Shown: positions 20,319 to 30,925, numbered from the stretch's first letter. The stretch: 64,000 nucleotides of DNA from Pseudomonadota bacterium (GCA_021828105.1 JAKATG010000028.1:6335-70334), one strand, 5' to 3'. Numbers and translations are program-made. Notes: generated from the letters alone by a model not told the origin.

Positions 20319-21398
20319 ATGTTCTATCGCGAGGCCGGCCAGTACAAATCGAGCTATGAGGCGGACCAGGCCGTCTTCCCGCTCGCCCAGGACCGTATCG
20401 GCATGGCCTCAATCCTGGTCCTCGCCGCCCTGATCATTCCCTTCATCGCCAGCAATTTCGTCCTGGAAGCGATCCTCATCCCCTTCCTCATCCTGGCGCT
20501 CGCCACCATCGGCCTCAATGTGCTGACGGGCTATGCCGGGCAATTGTCTCTCGGCACCGGCGGCTTCATGGGGGCAGGGGCCTATGCCTGCTACAAGCTC
20601 ACCACGTCCTTTCCGGATGCGAACATCATCCTCCTCATCCTGTTGTCGGGCTTCTGCGCGGCGGCGGTCGGCCTTGTCTTCGGCCTGCCCTCCTTGCGCA
20701 TCAAGGGACTTTATCTCGCGGTTGCCACGCTTGCCGCCCAGTTCTTCCTCGAATGGTGCTTCATCCGCATCGGCTGGCTCTATAACTACAATGTCTCGGG
20801 TGCCATCGATTCACCCGAGCGCCGCATGTTCGGCCTGGTGCTGACCGGCCCTAATGCGAGCCCGGTCACGCGTTATCTCACCGTGCTCGCCATCGTCCTG
20901 GGGGTGACCGTGCTGGTCAAGAACCTGGTGCGCGGCCGGATCGGCCGCTCCTGGATGATGATCCGCGACATGGATATCGCCGCCGAGCTCATGGGCATCC
21001 GCCCGCTCGTCGCCAAGCTCTCGGCCTTCGCGGTCTCGTCCTATATTTGCGGGGTGGCGGGCGCGATGTTCGTTTTCTTCTATCTGGGCTCGGTCGAGCC
21101 CGCGGCCTTCTCGATCACCCTCTCTTTCCAGATCCTGTTCATGGCGATCATCGGCGGGCTCGGCAGCCTCATCGGCTGCTATTTCGGCGCCGCTTTCCTG
21201 TGGATCCTGCCGATCTTCCTGCGCAACGTGCTGCCCATGCTCGGCATCGATGTGGGGGCGGAGAACATCGTTCATTTGACCTCGATGATCGTCGGTGTCT
21301 TGATCATCCTGTTCCTGATCTGGGAACCGCATGGCCTGGCGCGGCTGTGGCAGGTGGCAAAGGAGAAATTGCGCGTCTGGCCGTTCCCCTATGCGTGA
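20319..21398 (+). CDS. Branched-chain-type ABC permease (LivM-like)
   Basis: GLNVLTGYAGQLSLG, C-terminal EKLRVWPFPY. Confidence 0.9.
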   Translation: MFYREAGQYKSSYEADQAVFPLAQDRIGMASILVLAALIIPFIASNFVLEAILIPFLILALATIGLNVLTGYAGQLSLGTGGFMGAGAYACYKLTTSFPDANIILLILLSGFCAAAVGLVFGLPSLRIKGLYLAVATLAAQFFLEWCFIRIGWLYNYNVSGAIDSPERRMFGLVLTGPNASPVTRYLTVLAIVLGVTVLVKNLVRGRIGRSWMMIRDMDIAAELMGIRPLVAKLSAFAVSSYICGVAGAMFVFFYLGSVEPAAFSITLSFQILFMAIIGGLGSLIGCYFGAAFLWILPIFLRNVLPMLGIDVGAENIVHLTSMIVGVLIILFLIWEPHGLARLWQVAKEKLRVWPFPYA

Positions 21399-21449
21399 CG
21401 GCGATTGAAGTTCAATATGAGGCCCATTGGCCCGTTATGGGAGGTGAAG

Positions 21450-22760
21450 ATGAGACTCAAGGCACTGATTGCAGGAGCGATCCTGGCCTGCGCGGCGGCA
21501 CTACCCGCCGCGGCCGCGGACACGGTTTATGTGCAGCTGTCGACCTATCGCACGGGGCCTTATGCGGGCTCCGGGATTCCGATCGCCAATGGCATGGCGG
21601 ACTATCTCACCATGCTCAATGAGCGCGATGGTGGCGTCAATGGCGTGAAGATCGTCTTTGAGGAATGTGAAACCGGCTACGACACACAGAAGGGTGTCGA
21701 ATGCTATGAGCAGGCGAAGGCGAAGAAGTCCCTCGTCTTCAATCCCTATTCGACGGGCATCACTTTGGCGGTGATCCCCAAAGCCTCGGTCGACAAGATG
21801 CCGATCCTGTCCATGGCCTATGGTCTCTCCGCGTCCGCCGACGGCAAGGCGTTTCCCTGGGTGTTCAATCCGCCGCTGACCTATTGGGATGGCGCCTCCG
21901 GCGTCATCGAATATATTGCCGGACAGGAAGGCGGGCTGGAGAAGCTCAAGGGCAAGAAGATCGGCTTCATCTATCTCGATGCCGGCTATGGCAAGGAGCC
22001 GATACCGCTCTTCGAGCAATTCGCCGCGAAATATGGTTACACGCTGCTCAAATATCCGGTGCCCGGCAAGGAGATGCAGAACCAGTCGTCGCAATGGCTG
22101 AACATACGCCGCGACAAGCCCGACTATATGGTGATGTGGGGCTGGGGAGCGATGAATCCGACGGCCGTCAAGGAGGCGACCAAGATCCGTTTTCCGATGG
22201 ACAAGTTCATCGGCATCTGGTGGTCGGGCGGCGAGGATGATGCGCGGGGCGGCGGCGCCCAGGCGAAGGGATACACGACGCTCAATTTCCATGCCGTGGG
22301 CACCGATTTCCCGGTGATGCAGGATATCAAGAAATTCGTCGTCGATGCGGGCAAGAGCAAGGTCGACCCCGCCAAATTCGGCGAAAATCTCTACAATCGT
22401 GGTGTCGTCAACTCGCTCTATATCGCCGAAGCGATCAAGGCCGCGCAGGAGAAGACCGGCAAGAAGGTCATCACGCCGGAAGACATGCGCGTCGGCATCG
22501 AAAACCTGAATATCGACGATGCCCGCATCGATGCGATCGGCGCCAAGGGATATATCGCGCCGGTGAAGGTGACCTGCGACAATCACTCGGGCCATCACAA
22601 GATGTATGTCCAGCGCTGGACCGGCGAGAAATGGGAGAAGGCCTCCGACTGGTTCGATCCGATGTCGGATGTGGTGAACCCGATGCTTCTCGCCGCGTCG
22701 AAGTCCTATACGGAAGCGAACAAGCCGTGGCCGGCGCGCAGCGAGCCTTGCGCGAATTGA
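21450..22760 (+). CDS. ABC substrate-binding protein (Leu/Ile/Val-binding family)
   Basis: Signal peptide; YRTGPYA, ECETGYDT, WGWGAMN. Confidence 0.9.
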   Translation: MRLKALIAGAILACAAALPAAAADTVYVQLSTYRTGPYAGSGIPIANGMADYLTMLNERDGGVNGVKIVFEECETGYDTQKGVECYEQAKAKKSLVFNPYSTGITLAVIPKASVDKMPILSMAYGLSASADGKAFPWVFNPPLTYWDGASGVIEYIAGQEGGLEKLKGKKIGFIYLDAGYGKEPIPLFEQFAAKYGYTLLKYPVPGKEMQNQSSQWLNIRRDKPDYMVMWGWGAMNPTAVKEATKIRFPMDKFIGIWWSGGEDDARGGGAQAKGYTTLNFHAVGTDFPVMQDIKKFVVDAGKSKVDPAKFGENLYNRGVVNSLYIAEAIKAAQEKTGKKVITPEDMRVGIENLNIDDARIDAIGAKGYIAPVKVTCDNHSGHHKMYVQRWTGEKWEKASDWFDPMSDVVNPMLLAASKSYTEANKPWPARSEPCAN

Positions 22761-22769
22761 TGACGCTTG

Positions 22770-22797
22770 TCCCTCCCTCTGATCGGGGGAGGGACAC
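22770..22797 (+). terminator. Hairpin downstream of SBP gene
   Basis: GTCCCTCCCTC-TGATC-GGGGGAGGGAC inverted repeat; weak U-tract. Confidence 0.5.
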
Positions 22798-22845
22798 TTG
22801 GTGCATGAGAATTTGATTTTGTGCTTCGGACCGAGCGCGTCGCTC

Positions 22846-22874
22846 TTGACAAGAGAAGTGACGCGTTCAATACT
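22846..22874 (+). promoter_or_regulatory. Putative sigma70 promoter of hydantoinase operon
   Basis: TTGACA-17 bp-AATACT; the -35 lies within a CTCTTG-A-CAAGAG palindrome. Confidence 0.55.
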
Positions 22875-22881
22875 TCTCTCA

Positions 22882-22954
22882 ACCTAGCAAAGACGCAGGT
22901 CATCGGTGAGCAATGAGGCTCGGCGCCCCTAAGAGGGCCCAGGGCCTTTTTTAT
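22882..22954 (+). promoter_or_regulatory. ANTAR dual stem-loop with overlapping intrinsic terminator
   Basis: Hexaloops AAAGAC and AATGAG (A1/G4); the 3' arm of the second stem forms the terminator 5' arm; U-tract follows. Confidence 0.8.
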
Positions 22955-23188
22955 TGCCGCAAGAGGTGGCATCGGGTTCGGCTCGTAAGCGGACACCGTC
23001 CCATATCCTTGTCTGCATCAATGATGATGCAGTGACTGCTGCCAATCCAATAGTGAATTTTCCGGGCGGGAGCAGATGCTTCTCCGAGCAATGCTGGGAC
23101 CAAGCAGCCTTCCGTCTCAACTCGACAGAACAAACCGGCCGCAACCGTGGGCTAGTCCAATTGTTCGGCCAAGAGGGAGAATGACAGG

Positions 23189-25258
23189 ATGGACGATCAT
23201 TCGATACGCGACAAGCAAAGCGGCATCGGCTACCGTGTGGCCTGTGATGTCGGTGGCACATTCACGGATCTTTGCATCCTCGATGAGAAATCCGGAAAGA
23301 TGCATGTCGCCAAGACGCCGACGACCGCCAATCCGATCGACGGCGTCATCAAGGGCATCGAGCTCGGCGGCGTGAAGCTCAAGGACATGGTGCTGTTCGC
23401 CCATGGCACCACCCTTGCCACGAATGCGCTCATCACCCGGCGCTTTCCGCCGGCGGTGATGGTGACGACGAAAGGCTTCAAGGACGTCATCGAAATTCGC
23501 CGCGGCACCCGCAACGATCTCTGGGACACGTACAAGGAAATGGCGACGCCCTATATAAGGCGGCGCGACAGGCTCGTCGTCACGGAGCGTATCGATTATT
23601 CCGGCAAGGTCATTGCCGAGATCGACGAGGCCGAGGCGCTCGAAGTGGCGCGCGTCATCCGCAAGCGCGGCGTCAAGACGATCGCGATCTGCTTCGTCAA
23701 TGCTTTCGCCAATCCCGCCAACGAGCAGCGGATGCGGGACATATTGGCGCGCGAGCTGCCGGATGCGTCGATCTCGCTGTCGAGCGACATCATGCCGGAA
23801 ATCTTCGAGCATGAGCGGTTCTCGACGACAGTCGCCAACGCCGTCCTGGCGCCGGTTGCGGGCGACTATACCCGCGATCTCGCCAAGCGCCTGGCGGCGG
23901 GTGGCTTCAAGGAAGACGTGCTGCTCCTGCACTCGGGGGGCGGCGTGATGACGGCGAAGGCCTCCGAGAAGTTCCCGGCGCGCCTCGCCGCCTCCGGCAT
24001 CGCCGCGGGCGCCATTGCCAGCCGCTTCGTGGCGCAGCTTTCCGGCTTCGAAAACTCGATCGGCCTCGATATGGGCGGCACCAGCACCGATGTCTGCCTG
24101 AGCGACAAGGGCGAATTGCCGGTCACCAAGGACTGGCATGTCGAATATGGCTATCCGATCTGCTTCCCGAGCATCGAGGTCCTGACCATCGGCGCGGGCG
24201 GCGGCTCGCTGGCCTGGATCGACAAGGCCGGATCGCTGCGCAATGGCCCGCAATCGGCCGGATCGCGGCCGGGTCCGGTCTGCTACAACAATGGCGGCAC
24301 CGAGCCCACCAACTGCGATGCCAATGTGCTGCTTGGCCGCCTCGGCACCACGCTTGCCGGCGGCGCGATCGAGCTCAGGAAGGATCTCGCCGAGAAGGCC
24401 ATTCACGACGTGATTGCCAAGCCGTTGGGCTTGACGACCGAGGAGGCTGCCTTGGCCATCCTCAAGGTCGCCAATGCCAATATGGCCGACGCGGTGCGTC
24501 TCGTCTCGATCCGCAAGGGCTATGATCCACGCGACTTCGCGCTGGTGGCCTTTGGCGGCGCCGGCGCGCTTCATGGCGCGGCACTCGCCAGGGACCTCGC
24601 CATCCCGACCGTCATCGTGCCCCCCAATCCGGGCGTCACATCGGCTTTGGGCTGCCTTCTGGTCGACATCACCCACGACATATCGCGCATGTATCTCAAC
24701 AACATCAACAACGTGTCGCTCGCCGATCTCGATAACTCCTTCCGCGAGCTCGAGATGGAGGGCCGCGACAGGCTGTTGAACGAAGGCGTCACGGAAGACC
24801 GCATGGTGTTCCAGCGCTTCATCGATATGCGTTATCTCGGACAGTGGCGTTCGATGTCGATCGCGGTGCCCACGCCGCTCGAGACGCTCGATGCCGCCGT
24901 GGCCAAGTTCCACGAGGACCACGGGCGCGAGCACAATTATTCGCGTCCCGGAGCGCCGGTCGAGGTCTACCGTCTGCAGGTGAAGGCGACGGGCCTGGTG
25001 AGGAAAGCCGAATTCACCAAGATGCCGCGGCGTTCGGGCAAGAAGCCGGCGCCCATCGATGAACGCCTGGTGCGTTTCGACGAGCGTCCCAAGCCGGTGA
25101 AGACGCAAGTCTTCGATCGTGCCGAGCTGATGCCTGGCGATGTGATCGAAGGGCCGGCGGTCATCGAGCAGCTCGATTCGACGACCCTGGTGCCGCCCGG
25201 ACTCAAGGCCGAGGTGGACGACTACCTGACCATCATCATGCGCGTGCCGCTGGGCTAG
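23189..25258 (+). CDS. Hydantoinase/oxoprolinase subunit A
   Basis: DVGGTFTD, HGTTLATNAL, DMGGTSTD, IGAGGGS, FGGAGALH. Confidence 0.93.
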   Translation: MDDHSIRDKQSGIGYRVACDVGGTFTDLCILDEKSGKMHVAKTPTTANPIDGVIKGIELGGVKLKDMVLFAHGTTLATNALITRRFPPAVMVTTKGFKDVIEIRRGTRNDLWDTYKEMATPYIRRRDRLVVTERIDYSGKVIAEIDEAEALEVARVIRKRGVKTIAICFVNAFANPANEQRMRDILARELPDASISLSSDIMPEIFEHERFSTTVANAVLAPVAGDYTRDLAKRLAAGGFKEDVLLLHSGGGVMTAKASEKFPARLAASGIAAGAIASRFVAQLSGFENSIGLDMGGTSTDVCLSDKGELPVTKDWHVEYGYPICFPSIEVLTIGAGGGSLAWIDKAGSLRNGPQSAGSRPGPVCYNNGGTEPTNCDANVLLGRLGTTLAGGAIELRKDLAEKAIHDVIAKPLGLTTEEAALAILKVANANMADAVRLVSIRKGYDPRDFALVAFGGAGALHGAALARDLAIPTVIVPPNPGVTSALGCLLVDITHDISRMYLNNINNVSLADLDNSFRELEMEGRDRLLNEGVTEDRMVFQRFIDMRYLGQWRSMSIAVPTPLETLDAAVAKFHEDHGREHNYSRPGAPVEVYRLQVKATGLVRKAEFTKMPRRSGKKPAPIDERLVRFDERPKPVKTQVFDRAELMPGDVIEGPAVIEQLDSTTLVPPGLKAEVDDYLTIIMRVPLG

Positions 25259-25309
25259 GGCCCAACGCCCTCATCACGATGGACCCAATCAAATTCTCAG
25301 GAGCCTAAA

Positions 25310-27325
25310 ATGGCAAAGAACTCTCAAGGTTTCTCGCTCGATCCCGTGACCTTCGAAGTGCTGAAGAACGCCTATGTGAATATCGTCGACCAGATGGCCG
25401 AGCAGATCTTCCGGACCTGCTATTCCTTCGTCATCTACTCGCGGGACTTTTCCTCGGCCCTCTGCGACACCAACGGCGACACGATCATGCAAGGCAACGG
25501 CGATATCGCCGCGCATGTCGGCACGCTCCACTACACCGCCAAGGCGGTGATCAACAAGTTCAAGGGCGATATCCATCCCGGCGACATCTTCGTCGTGAAT
25601 GACGTCTATCAGGGCGGCACGCATTTCAACGATACCCGCATCTTCGGGCCCATGTTCTACAAGGGCGAGCTTTTGGGCTTCGCGCAGGCCAACGGCCATT
25701 GGGCCGATGTCGGCGGCGCGGTGCCGGGCTCCTTCAATGTGAGCGCGCTCGACCACATGGCCGAGGGACTGCGCATCACGCCGGTGCGCGTCTACAGCAA
25801 GGGCGTATATCTCTCGGACGTGGCCGAGCTCATCGCCCACAATACGCGTGCACCCGCCGACATCATCGGCGATCTCCAGGCGCAGGCGGAAGCCTGCCGG
25901 GTGGCCGAGCGCGAGGTGCAGCGCCTGTGCGACAAGTATGGCGTCGAGACGATCAAGACGTCCTTTGCCGAAGTGCAGGACTATGTCGAAACGCTGACCC
26001 GGCAGCGGCTGCTCGAGCTGCCGAACGGGACCTGGGAAACCACCGATTATATCGATGTCGATCCCGTGAAGGGCGAGGGCATGATCCCCATCCATGTGAA
26101 GATGACGATCGACGGGGACAGCGTTCACTACGATCTCTCAGGCTCGCATCCCAACACGATCTCGACCTTCCTCAACTGCTGCTATGGCGGCGCCTTCGCG
26201 GCGATCGTCGCCGGCACCAAGATGCAATCGCCCGACATTCCGCTCAATTCCGGTTTCTACCGGGTGGTGACGGTGGAGCTCGGCGCCAAGGGATCGGTGA
26301 TCAATGCCGACTGGCCGACGCCGGTCGCCGGCTTCTGCTCGGGGCCGTTCGAGAAGATCATGAATTCCGTCTTCGAGCTCTGGGCGGAGGTTCTGCCCGA
26401 GCGGGCGATGGCCTGCACCTTCAATCTCGAATATCTGCTGATCGGCGGACGCGATACCCGCCATGAAGGGCTGCCCTATTTCATGTGGTACGACTGGATG
26501 GTCGGAGGCTGGGGTGCGCGCAACGGCAAGGACGGATGGGCCGCAACCGGGCCGGTCTTCGGCGTGCAACTCGGGACTCAGCCCTTCGAAGGGCAGGAGC
26601 GCCTGTCGCCCGTGCTGACCACAGGTCACGAGCTCCTGGTCGATTCCGGCGGCCCTGGCGAGTATCGCGGTGGCATGGGGGTCGAGAAGGGCGGCACGCT
26701 CTATGCCTGCAAGCGGACCGTCGTCTCCTATTGCTGCGATCGCGAGCGCTCGATCACCTGGGGTCTGTGGGGCGGCCTGCCGTCGATCCCGCATGGCGTC
26801 TGGGTCAATCCCGGCAAGGCCAATGAGCGCTATCTCGGTTCGCTGTTCTCGGGCGTGCCGCTCAATCAGGGCGACACGGTCACCCGGCCCTCGGCCGGCG
26901 GTGGCGGTCTCGGCGATCCCCTGACGCGGGATGTCGATGCCGTGCTCGAAGACGTCATCGACGGCTATGTCTCGATCGAGCGGGCGCGCAAGGACTATGG
27001 CGTGATCGTGCGGGAGGTCGATCCCGATCTGTGCAAATACGAGGTCGATCTCGATGCTACGGCGAAGGAGCGCGACCGTATCGATCGCGCCCGTGCCGGC
27101 TGGCTCGATGAGGATGCCGAGAAGATCGCCGAGCGATACCGCAAGAAGGATCTTTCGGCTCTCGACCTGATCCGGCAATATGGTGTCATCGTCGATTGGG
27201 GTTCAGGCAAGCTTTTGGAAAAGACGACCCATCAGTTTCGGGATATGCTGAAGCGGCGTACCGTTCCATATTGGAGCTTCCGGAAGCAATCCGCCCAAGG
27301 GAAGCCGACATTGAAAGTGGCTTGA
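25310..27325 (+). CDS. Hydantoinase B/oxoprolinase subunit
   Basis: NDVYQGGTHFND, HWADVGG, DSGGPGEYRGG, GGGGLGDP. Confidence 0.93.
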   Translation: MAKNSQGFSLDPVTFEVLKNAYVNIVDQMAEQIFRTCYSFVIYSRDFSSALCDTNGDTIMQGNGDIAAHVGTLHYTAKAVINKFKGDIHPGDIFVVNDVYQGGTHFNDTRIFGPMFYKGELLGFAQANGHWADVGGAVPGSFNVSALDHMAEGLRITPVRVYSKGVYLSDVAELIAHNTRAPADIIGDLQAQAEACRVAEREVQRLCDKYGVETIKTSFAEVQDYVETLTRQRLLELPNGTWETTDYIDVDPVKGEGMIPIHVKMTIDGDSVHYDLSGSHPNTISTFLNCCYGGAFAAIVAGTKMQSPDIPLNSGFYRVVTVELGAKGSVINADWPTPVAGFCSGPFEKIMNSVFELWAEVLPERAMACTFNLEYLLIGGRDTRHEGLPYFMWYDWMVGGWGARNGKDGWAATGPVFGVQLGTQPFEGQERLSPVLTTGHELLVDSGGPGEYRGGMGVEKGGTLYACKRTVVSYCCDRERSITWGLWGGLPSIPHGVWVNPGKANERYLGSLFSGVPLNQGDTVTRPSAGGGGLGDPLTRDVDAVLEDVIDGYVSIERARKDYGVIVREVDPDLCKYEVDLDATAKERDRIDRARAGWLDEDAEKIAERYRKKDLSALDLIRQYGVIVDWGSGKLLEKTTHQFRDMLKRRTVPYWSFRKQSAQGKPTLKVA

Positions 27326-27393
27326 TCATTCGATCGGCGCGGCACGCCGCAAGGCCGCCGCGCCGGTCAAGACCTGCAAGGTAGTCGCACAGC

Positions 27394-28590
27394 ATGGTTG
27401 ACCGGCGACCGATAAGAGTAGGGGTTCTGTTCTCGACCACGGGCGTGGCGCGGACGACGGAAGCTTCCATGCTCAAGGCGACGCTGCATGCCATAGCCGA
27501 GGTGAACGAGCAGGGAGGCATAGACGGACGCGAGCTTGTCGCGGTCCATTATGATCCGGAAAGCCAGGCCGGGCATTTCAGCATCCTTGCCGACCGCCTG
27601 CTGGTCGAGGATGGCGTGCGCATCATCTTCGGCTGCTACATGTCGAGCGAGCGCAAGGCCGTTCTGCCGGTCGTCGAAAGGCGCAACGGCTTGCTCTTCT
27701 ACCCGGCGCAATATGAGGGCTTCGAATATTCGCGCAACGTGATCCATACCGGCGCCGTTCCCAACCAGAACAGCATCCCGCTCGGCCACTACCTCCTCGA
27801 GCATGTCGGGCGCAGTTTCTTCATGGTCGGCTCCGACTATATCTGGCCGTGGGAATCCGACCGCATCATGAGCGACATGATCCGCCGTCAGGAAGGCCGG
27901 ATCGTCGGTGAGCGCTATCTCAAGCTCGATGCGCCGGAATTCGAATACGCCGCCCTGGTCAAGGAGATCAAACGGGTTCGCCCCGACGGCATTTTCTGCA
28001 ATTTCGTCGGCGACAGCATCGTGCATTTCTACCGGGCTTTTGCCGAAGCGGGGCTGGATCCGAAATCCATGCCGATCGCGAGCCTCACCACCAGCGAGGC
28101 CGACATCGAGGCGATGGGGGCCGAGGCAGGCACCGGGCACATCACGGCGGCGACTTATTTTGAATCGATCGACTCGGCCGCCAACCGGGCCATGCTGGCA
28201 CGGTATCGGGCGCGCTTCGGCGCGGCGGAACGGACCCATATGTGCTGGGAGTCGGCCTATTTCCAGGTGCATCTCGCGGCCAATGCCATGCGGCTCGCGG
28301 CCAGCGACGACGTCCATCGGATCCGCTCGGCGCTGAATGCCTTCGAGTTCAAGGCGCCGCAGGGACGCGTCCAGATCGATCCCGAAAATGGCCACACCTA
28401 TCTGTGGTCGCGGATCGGCCGCGTCGATGAGGCCGGCCAGTTCACGGTGCTGTTCGAAAGCGCCAGCGCCATAAAGCCCGATCCCTATCTGGTGAGCTTC
28501 GACCCCTCCGACTGGAGTTCGCAGTCGACGATCACCTCGTTGAATGGAGTATTGAAGGCGGGAAAAGGTACGCCCGCCGAAGTAGATTGA
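27394..28590 (+). CDS. amiC: AmiC-like amide sensor (cytoplasmic PBP fold)
   Basis: VGVLFSTTG, FGCYMSSERKAV, YEGFEYS, GSDYIWP; no signal peptide; adjacent to ANTAR gene. Confidence 0.8.
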   Translation: MVDRRPIRVGVLFSTTGVARTTEASMLKATLHAIAEVNEQGGIDGRELVAVHYDPESQAGHFSILADRLLVEDGVRIIFGCYMSSERKAVLPVVERRNGLLFYPAQYEGFEYSRNVIHTGAVPNQNSIPLGHYLLEHVGRSFFMVGSDYIWPWESDRIMSDMIRRQEGRIVGERYLKLDAPEFEYAALVKEIKRVRPDGIFCNFVGDSIVHFYRAFAEAGLDPKSMPIASLTTSEADIEAMGAEAGTGHITAATYFESIDSAANRAMLARYRARFGAAERTHMCWESAYFQVHLAANAMRLAASDDVHRIRSALNAFEFKAPQGRVQIDPENGHTYLWSRIGRVDEAGQFTVLFESASAIKPDPYLVSFDPSDWSSQSTITSLNGVLKAGKGTPAEVD

Positions 28591-28620
28591 TAACGAAAAG
28601 AAAAGTCGCCGAGGAAGCCC

Positions 28621-29364
28621 ATGGGTGAGACCAAGCAAAGCAAGATCGTTCAGTTCTTGCGGGCAGACGACAAGACTGACCGCGAATCTGAACAGCCGAA
28701 CAAGAGTGCCGCACGGCCGTCGGGTCCGGCGCGGGACGCCGAGCCGCGCAAGATTTCCGATCTGATCCGCAATGTCAGGAAACTGCGTATCCTGCTCCTG
28801 CATCCGGGCGGGCCCGAAGGCAAGGACCTGCTCGAGCACCTCAATCGCATCGGCTGCCAGGTGAGCATTTCTTGGCCGCCGCCGGATGCGGTTCCGGCGG
28901 GAACGGATGTCGTGCTCATCGCGGTGCGCGAGATCGTGGAGGGCAATGTGCCGTTCCATTGGGATGTGGACAAGCCGGTCGCCTCGCTCATCGCCATCGT
29001 CGATTACGAAAATCCATTGATCGTGGAGCGTGTGCTGAGGCTGGGCGCGCAAGCCGTGATCGGCCTGCCCCTGCAGCCTTTGGGCATACTCGCCAATCTG
29101 CTGCTCAGCGCCACGAATTTTGACCAAACGAGAAAATTACGGCTTCGGATCGACCGGCTGGCTTCGCGCCTCAAAGCCAATCGCGATGTGAGCACCGCCA
29201 TGTCGATCATCATGCAAACGCATGGTGTGGCGGAGCGTGAAGCCTACGAGTTGCTGCGTTCGCAATCGATGACGCGCCGGACGACGATCGAAAGCACGGC
29301 CGCCGCGATCATTCAGGCGAGCGATGTCTTGAGAATGGGCTTGACACACAAGCCGCGTTCCTGA
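28621..29364 (+). CDS. amiR: AmiR-like ANTAR antitermination regulator
   Basis: RIGCQVSISWPPP pseudo-receiver; C-terminal AMSIIMQTHGVAEREAYELLRSQSM ANTAR domain. Confidence 0.82.
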   Translation: MGETKQSKIVQFLRADDKTDRESEQPNKSAARPSGPARDAEPRKISDLIRNVRKLRILLLHPGGPEGKDLLEHLNRIGCQVSISWPPPDAVPAGTDVVLIAVREIVEGNVPFHWDVDKPVASLIAIVDYENPLIVERVLRLGAQAVIGLPLQPLGILANLLLSATNFDQTRKLRLRIDRLASRLKANRDVSTAMSIIMQTHGVAEREAYELLRSQSMTRRTTIESTAAAIIQASDVLRMGLTHKPRS

Positions 29365-29386
29365 GAAAGTTTCTGATCGGCCTTTT

Positions 29387-29460
29387 TTCGCAAAGATGCG
29401 AAGCGGCCCTATTGAGCAAAGACGCTCATGCCCGGTGACCCGGGCAGGGGCGTTTTTTAT
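29387..29460 (+). promoter_or_regulatory. ANTAR dual stem-loop with overlapping intrinsic terminator
   Basis: TTCGC-AAAGAT-GCGAA and TGAGC-AAAGAC-GCTCA, then TGCCCGG-TGAC-CCGGGCA and a T-tract. Confidence 0.85.
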
Positions 29461-29594
29461 GCCCCCGACAACCAAGATCTTCACGGTTCATGTTGATCGC
29501 GCCGACGGCGGTAATACGCATCGGCCGGGATCACAGCCAAGAAGACAGACGTGCCAGATGGGAATGAAACGTCAACCTCGGGAGGACCTCAACA

Positions 29595-30830
29595 ATGAGG
29601 ATCAATCGCAGACAGTTCTTCAGGACCACAACCGGCGCCCTGGGCTTCGCCAGCATGCCCATGCTGCTCAAATCGGCGGGCATCGCCGCCGAGGAGCCCA
29701 TCCGCATCGCCAATATCCTCGACAAGACCGGTGGGCTCAACATCTACAGCTTGAAGCAGATCAAGGCGATCGCCTTGGCGGTGGACGAGCTCAACAAGGC
29801 GGGCGGGCTGCTCGGCCGGCCGATCGAGCTCGTCTTTTATGACTCCCAGTCCAATAACCAGCTCAATTCGCAATATATGGCGCAGGCTCTGGTCAAGGAC
29901 AAAGCGGCGGCTGTTTTTGCCGGCGTGACGAGCTCATCGCGCGAGGTCATGCGTCCGGTGGTGAGAAAATTCCGCGGGCTCTTCTTCTACAATTCGATGT
30001 ATGAGGGCGGCGTTTGCGACCGTCGCCATGTCTGCATCGCCCAGGTTCCGGCGCAGCAGCTTTCGCCGCTCGTCCCGCGCGTCGTCAAGACCTATGGCAA
30101 GAAGTGTTATATTCTGGGCGCCGATTACATCTATCCGCATACGACGGCCAAGTGGATCCAGAAATATACGCGCGAGGCGGGCGGCGAGGATATCGGCGTG
30201 GAGTTCTTCCCGCTCGATGTCTCCAACTTCGCACCGGCCCTGGCCCGTATCCAGGCGGCAAAGCCCGATGTCGTCTGGTCCATCCTCGTCGGCAGCGCGC
30301 ATAATGCCTTCTATCGTCAGTATGAGTCGACCATCGGCAAGGCCAAGACGCCGCTTGCCTCCTGCATGTTCGGCATCGGGCGCGAGCAGACCTATCTGTC
30401 GGCCCAGGAAGCGGCCGGCATCATGAATGCGACGCCCTTCCATGACGAGCTCCCGAGCGAGAAGGCCCAGGAATTCGTCCGCAAGTTCAAGGAATATTCG
30501 GGCGAGCAGGACTATGTGGGCGATTACGCCGAATATGGCTATCGCGGCGTGAACATCTGGGCCAATGCGGTGAAGAAAGCCGGCGATCCATCGCCCGATG
30601 CGGTGATCGCGGCGCTCGACGGCGTCCAGTTCGAGGCGCCGGGCGGGCTGGTGACGATCGACGGGCAGACCAATCACGCGGTCATGGACATCCACCTCGT
30701 CAAGACGAATGACAAGCAGGGGTGGGACCATCTGGAGACGTTCAAGCAGCTGCAGCCGTCCGACACCCAGGCCGTCTGCGATCTGCGCAAGAACCCGGAC
30801 GACAACCAGCAATATACGCTGAGCCTCTAG
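29595..30830 (+). CDS. Urea/amide ABC substrate-binding protein (UrtA/FmdD-like), Tat signal
   Basis: NRRQFF; SSSREVMRP, YEGGVCD, GADYIYP. Confidence 0.87.
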   Translation: MRINRRQFFRTTTGALGFASMPMLLKSAGIAAEEPIRIANILDKTGGLNIYSLKQIKAIALAVDELNKAGGLLGRPIELVFYDSQSNNQLNSQYMAQALVKDKAAAVFAGVTSSSREVMRPVVRKFRGLFFYNSMYEGGVCDRRHVCIAQVPAQQLSPLVPRVVKTYGKKCYILGADYIYPHTTAKWIQKYTREAGGEDIGVEFFPLDVSNFAPALARIQAAKPDVVWSILVGSAHNAFYRQYESTIGKAKTPLASCMFGIGREQTYLSAQEAAGIMNATPFHDELPSEKAQEFVRKFKEYSGEQDYVGDYAEYGYRGVNIWANAVKKAGDPSPDAVIAALDGVQFEAPGGLVTIDGQTNHAVMDIHLVKTNDKQGWDHLETFKQLQPSDTQAVCDLRKNPDDNQQYTLSL

Positions 30831-30925
30831 CCCGGCATGACGTGACAGGCCGGCATCCGCGGATCGGCGCGGCGGATGCCGGCACCCATAACGCTCACTC
30901 AAGGAGAAGGTCAGGACAGAGCGAC

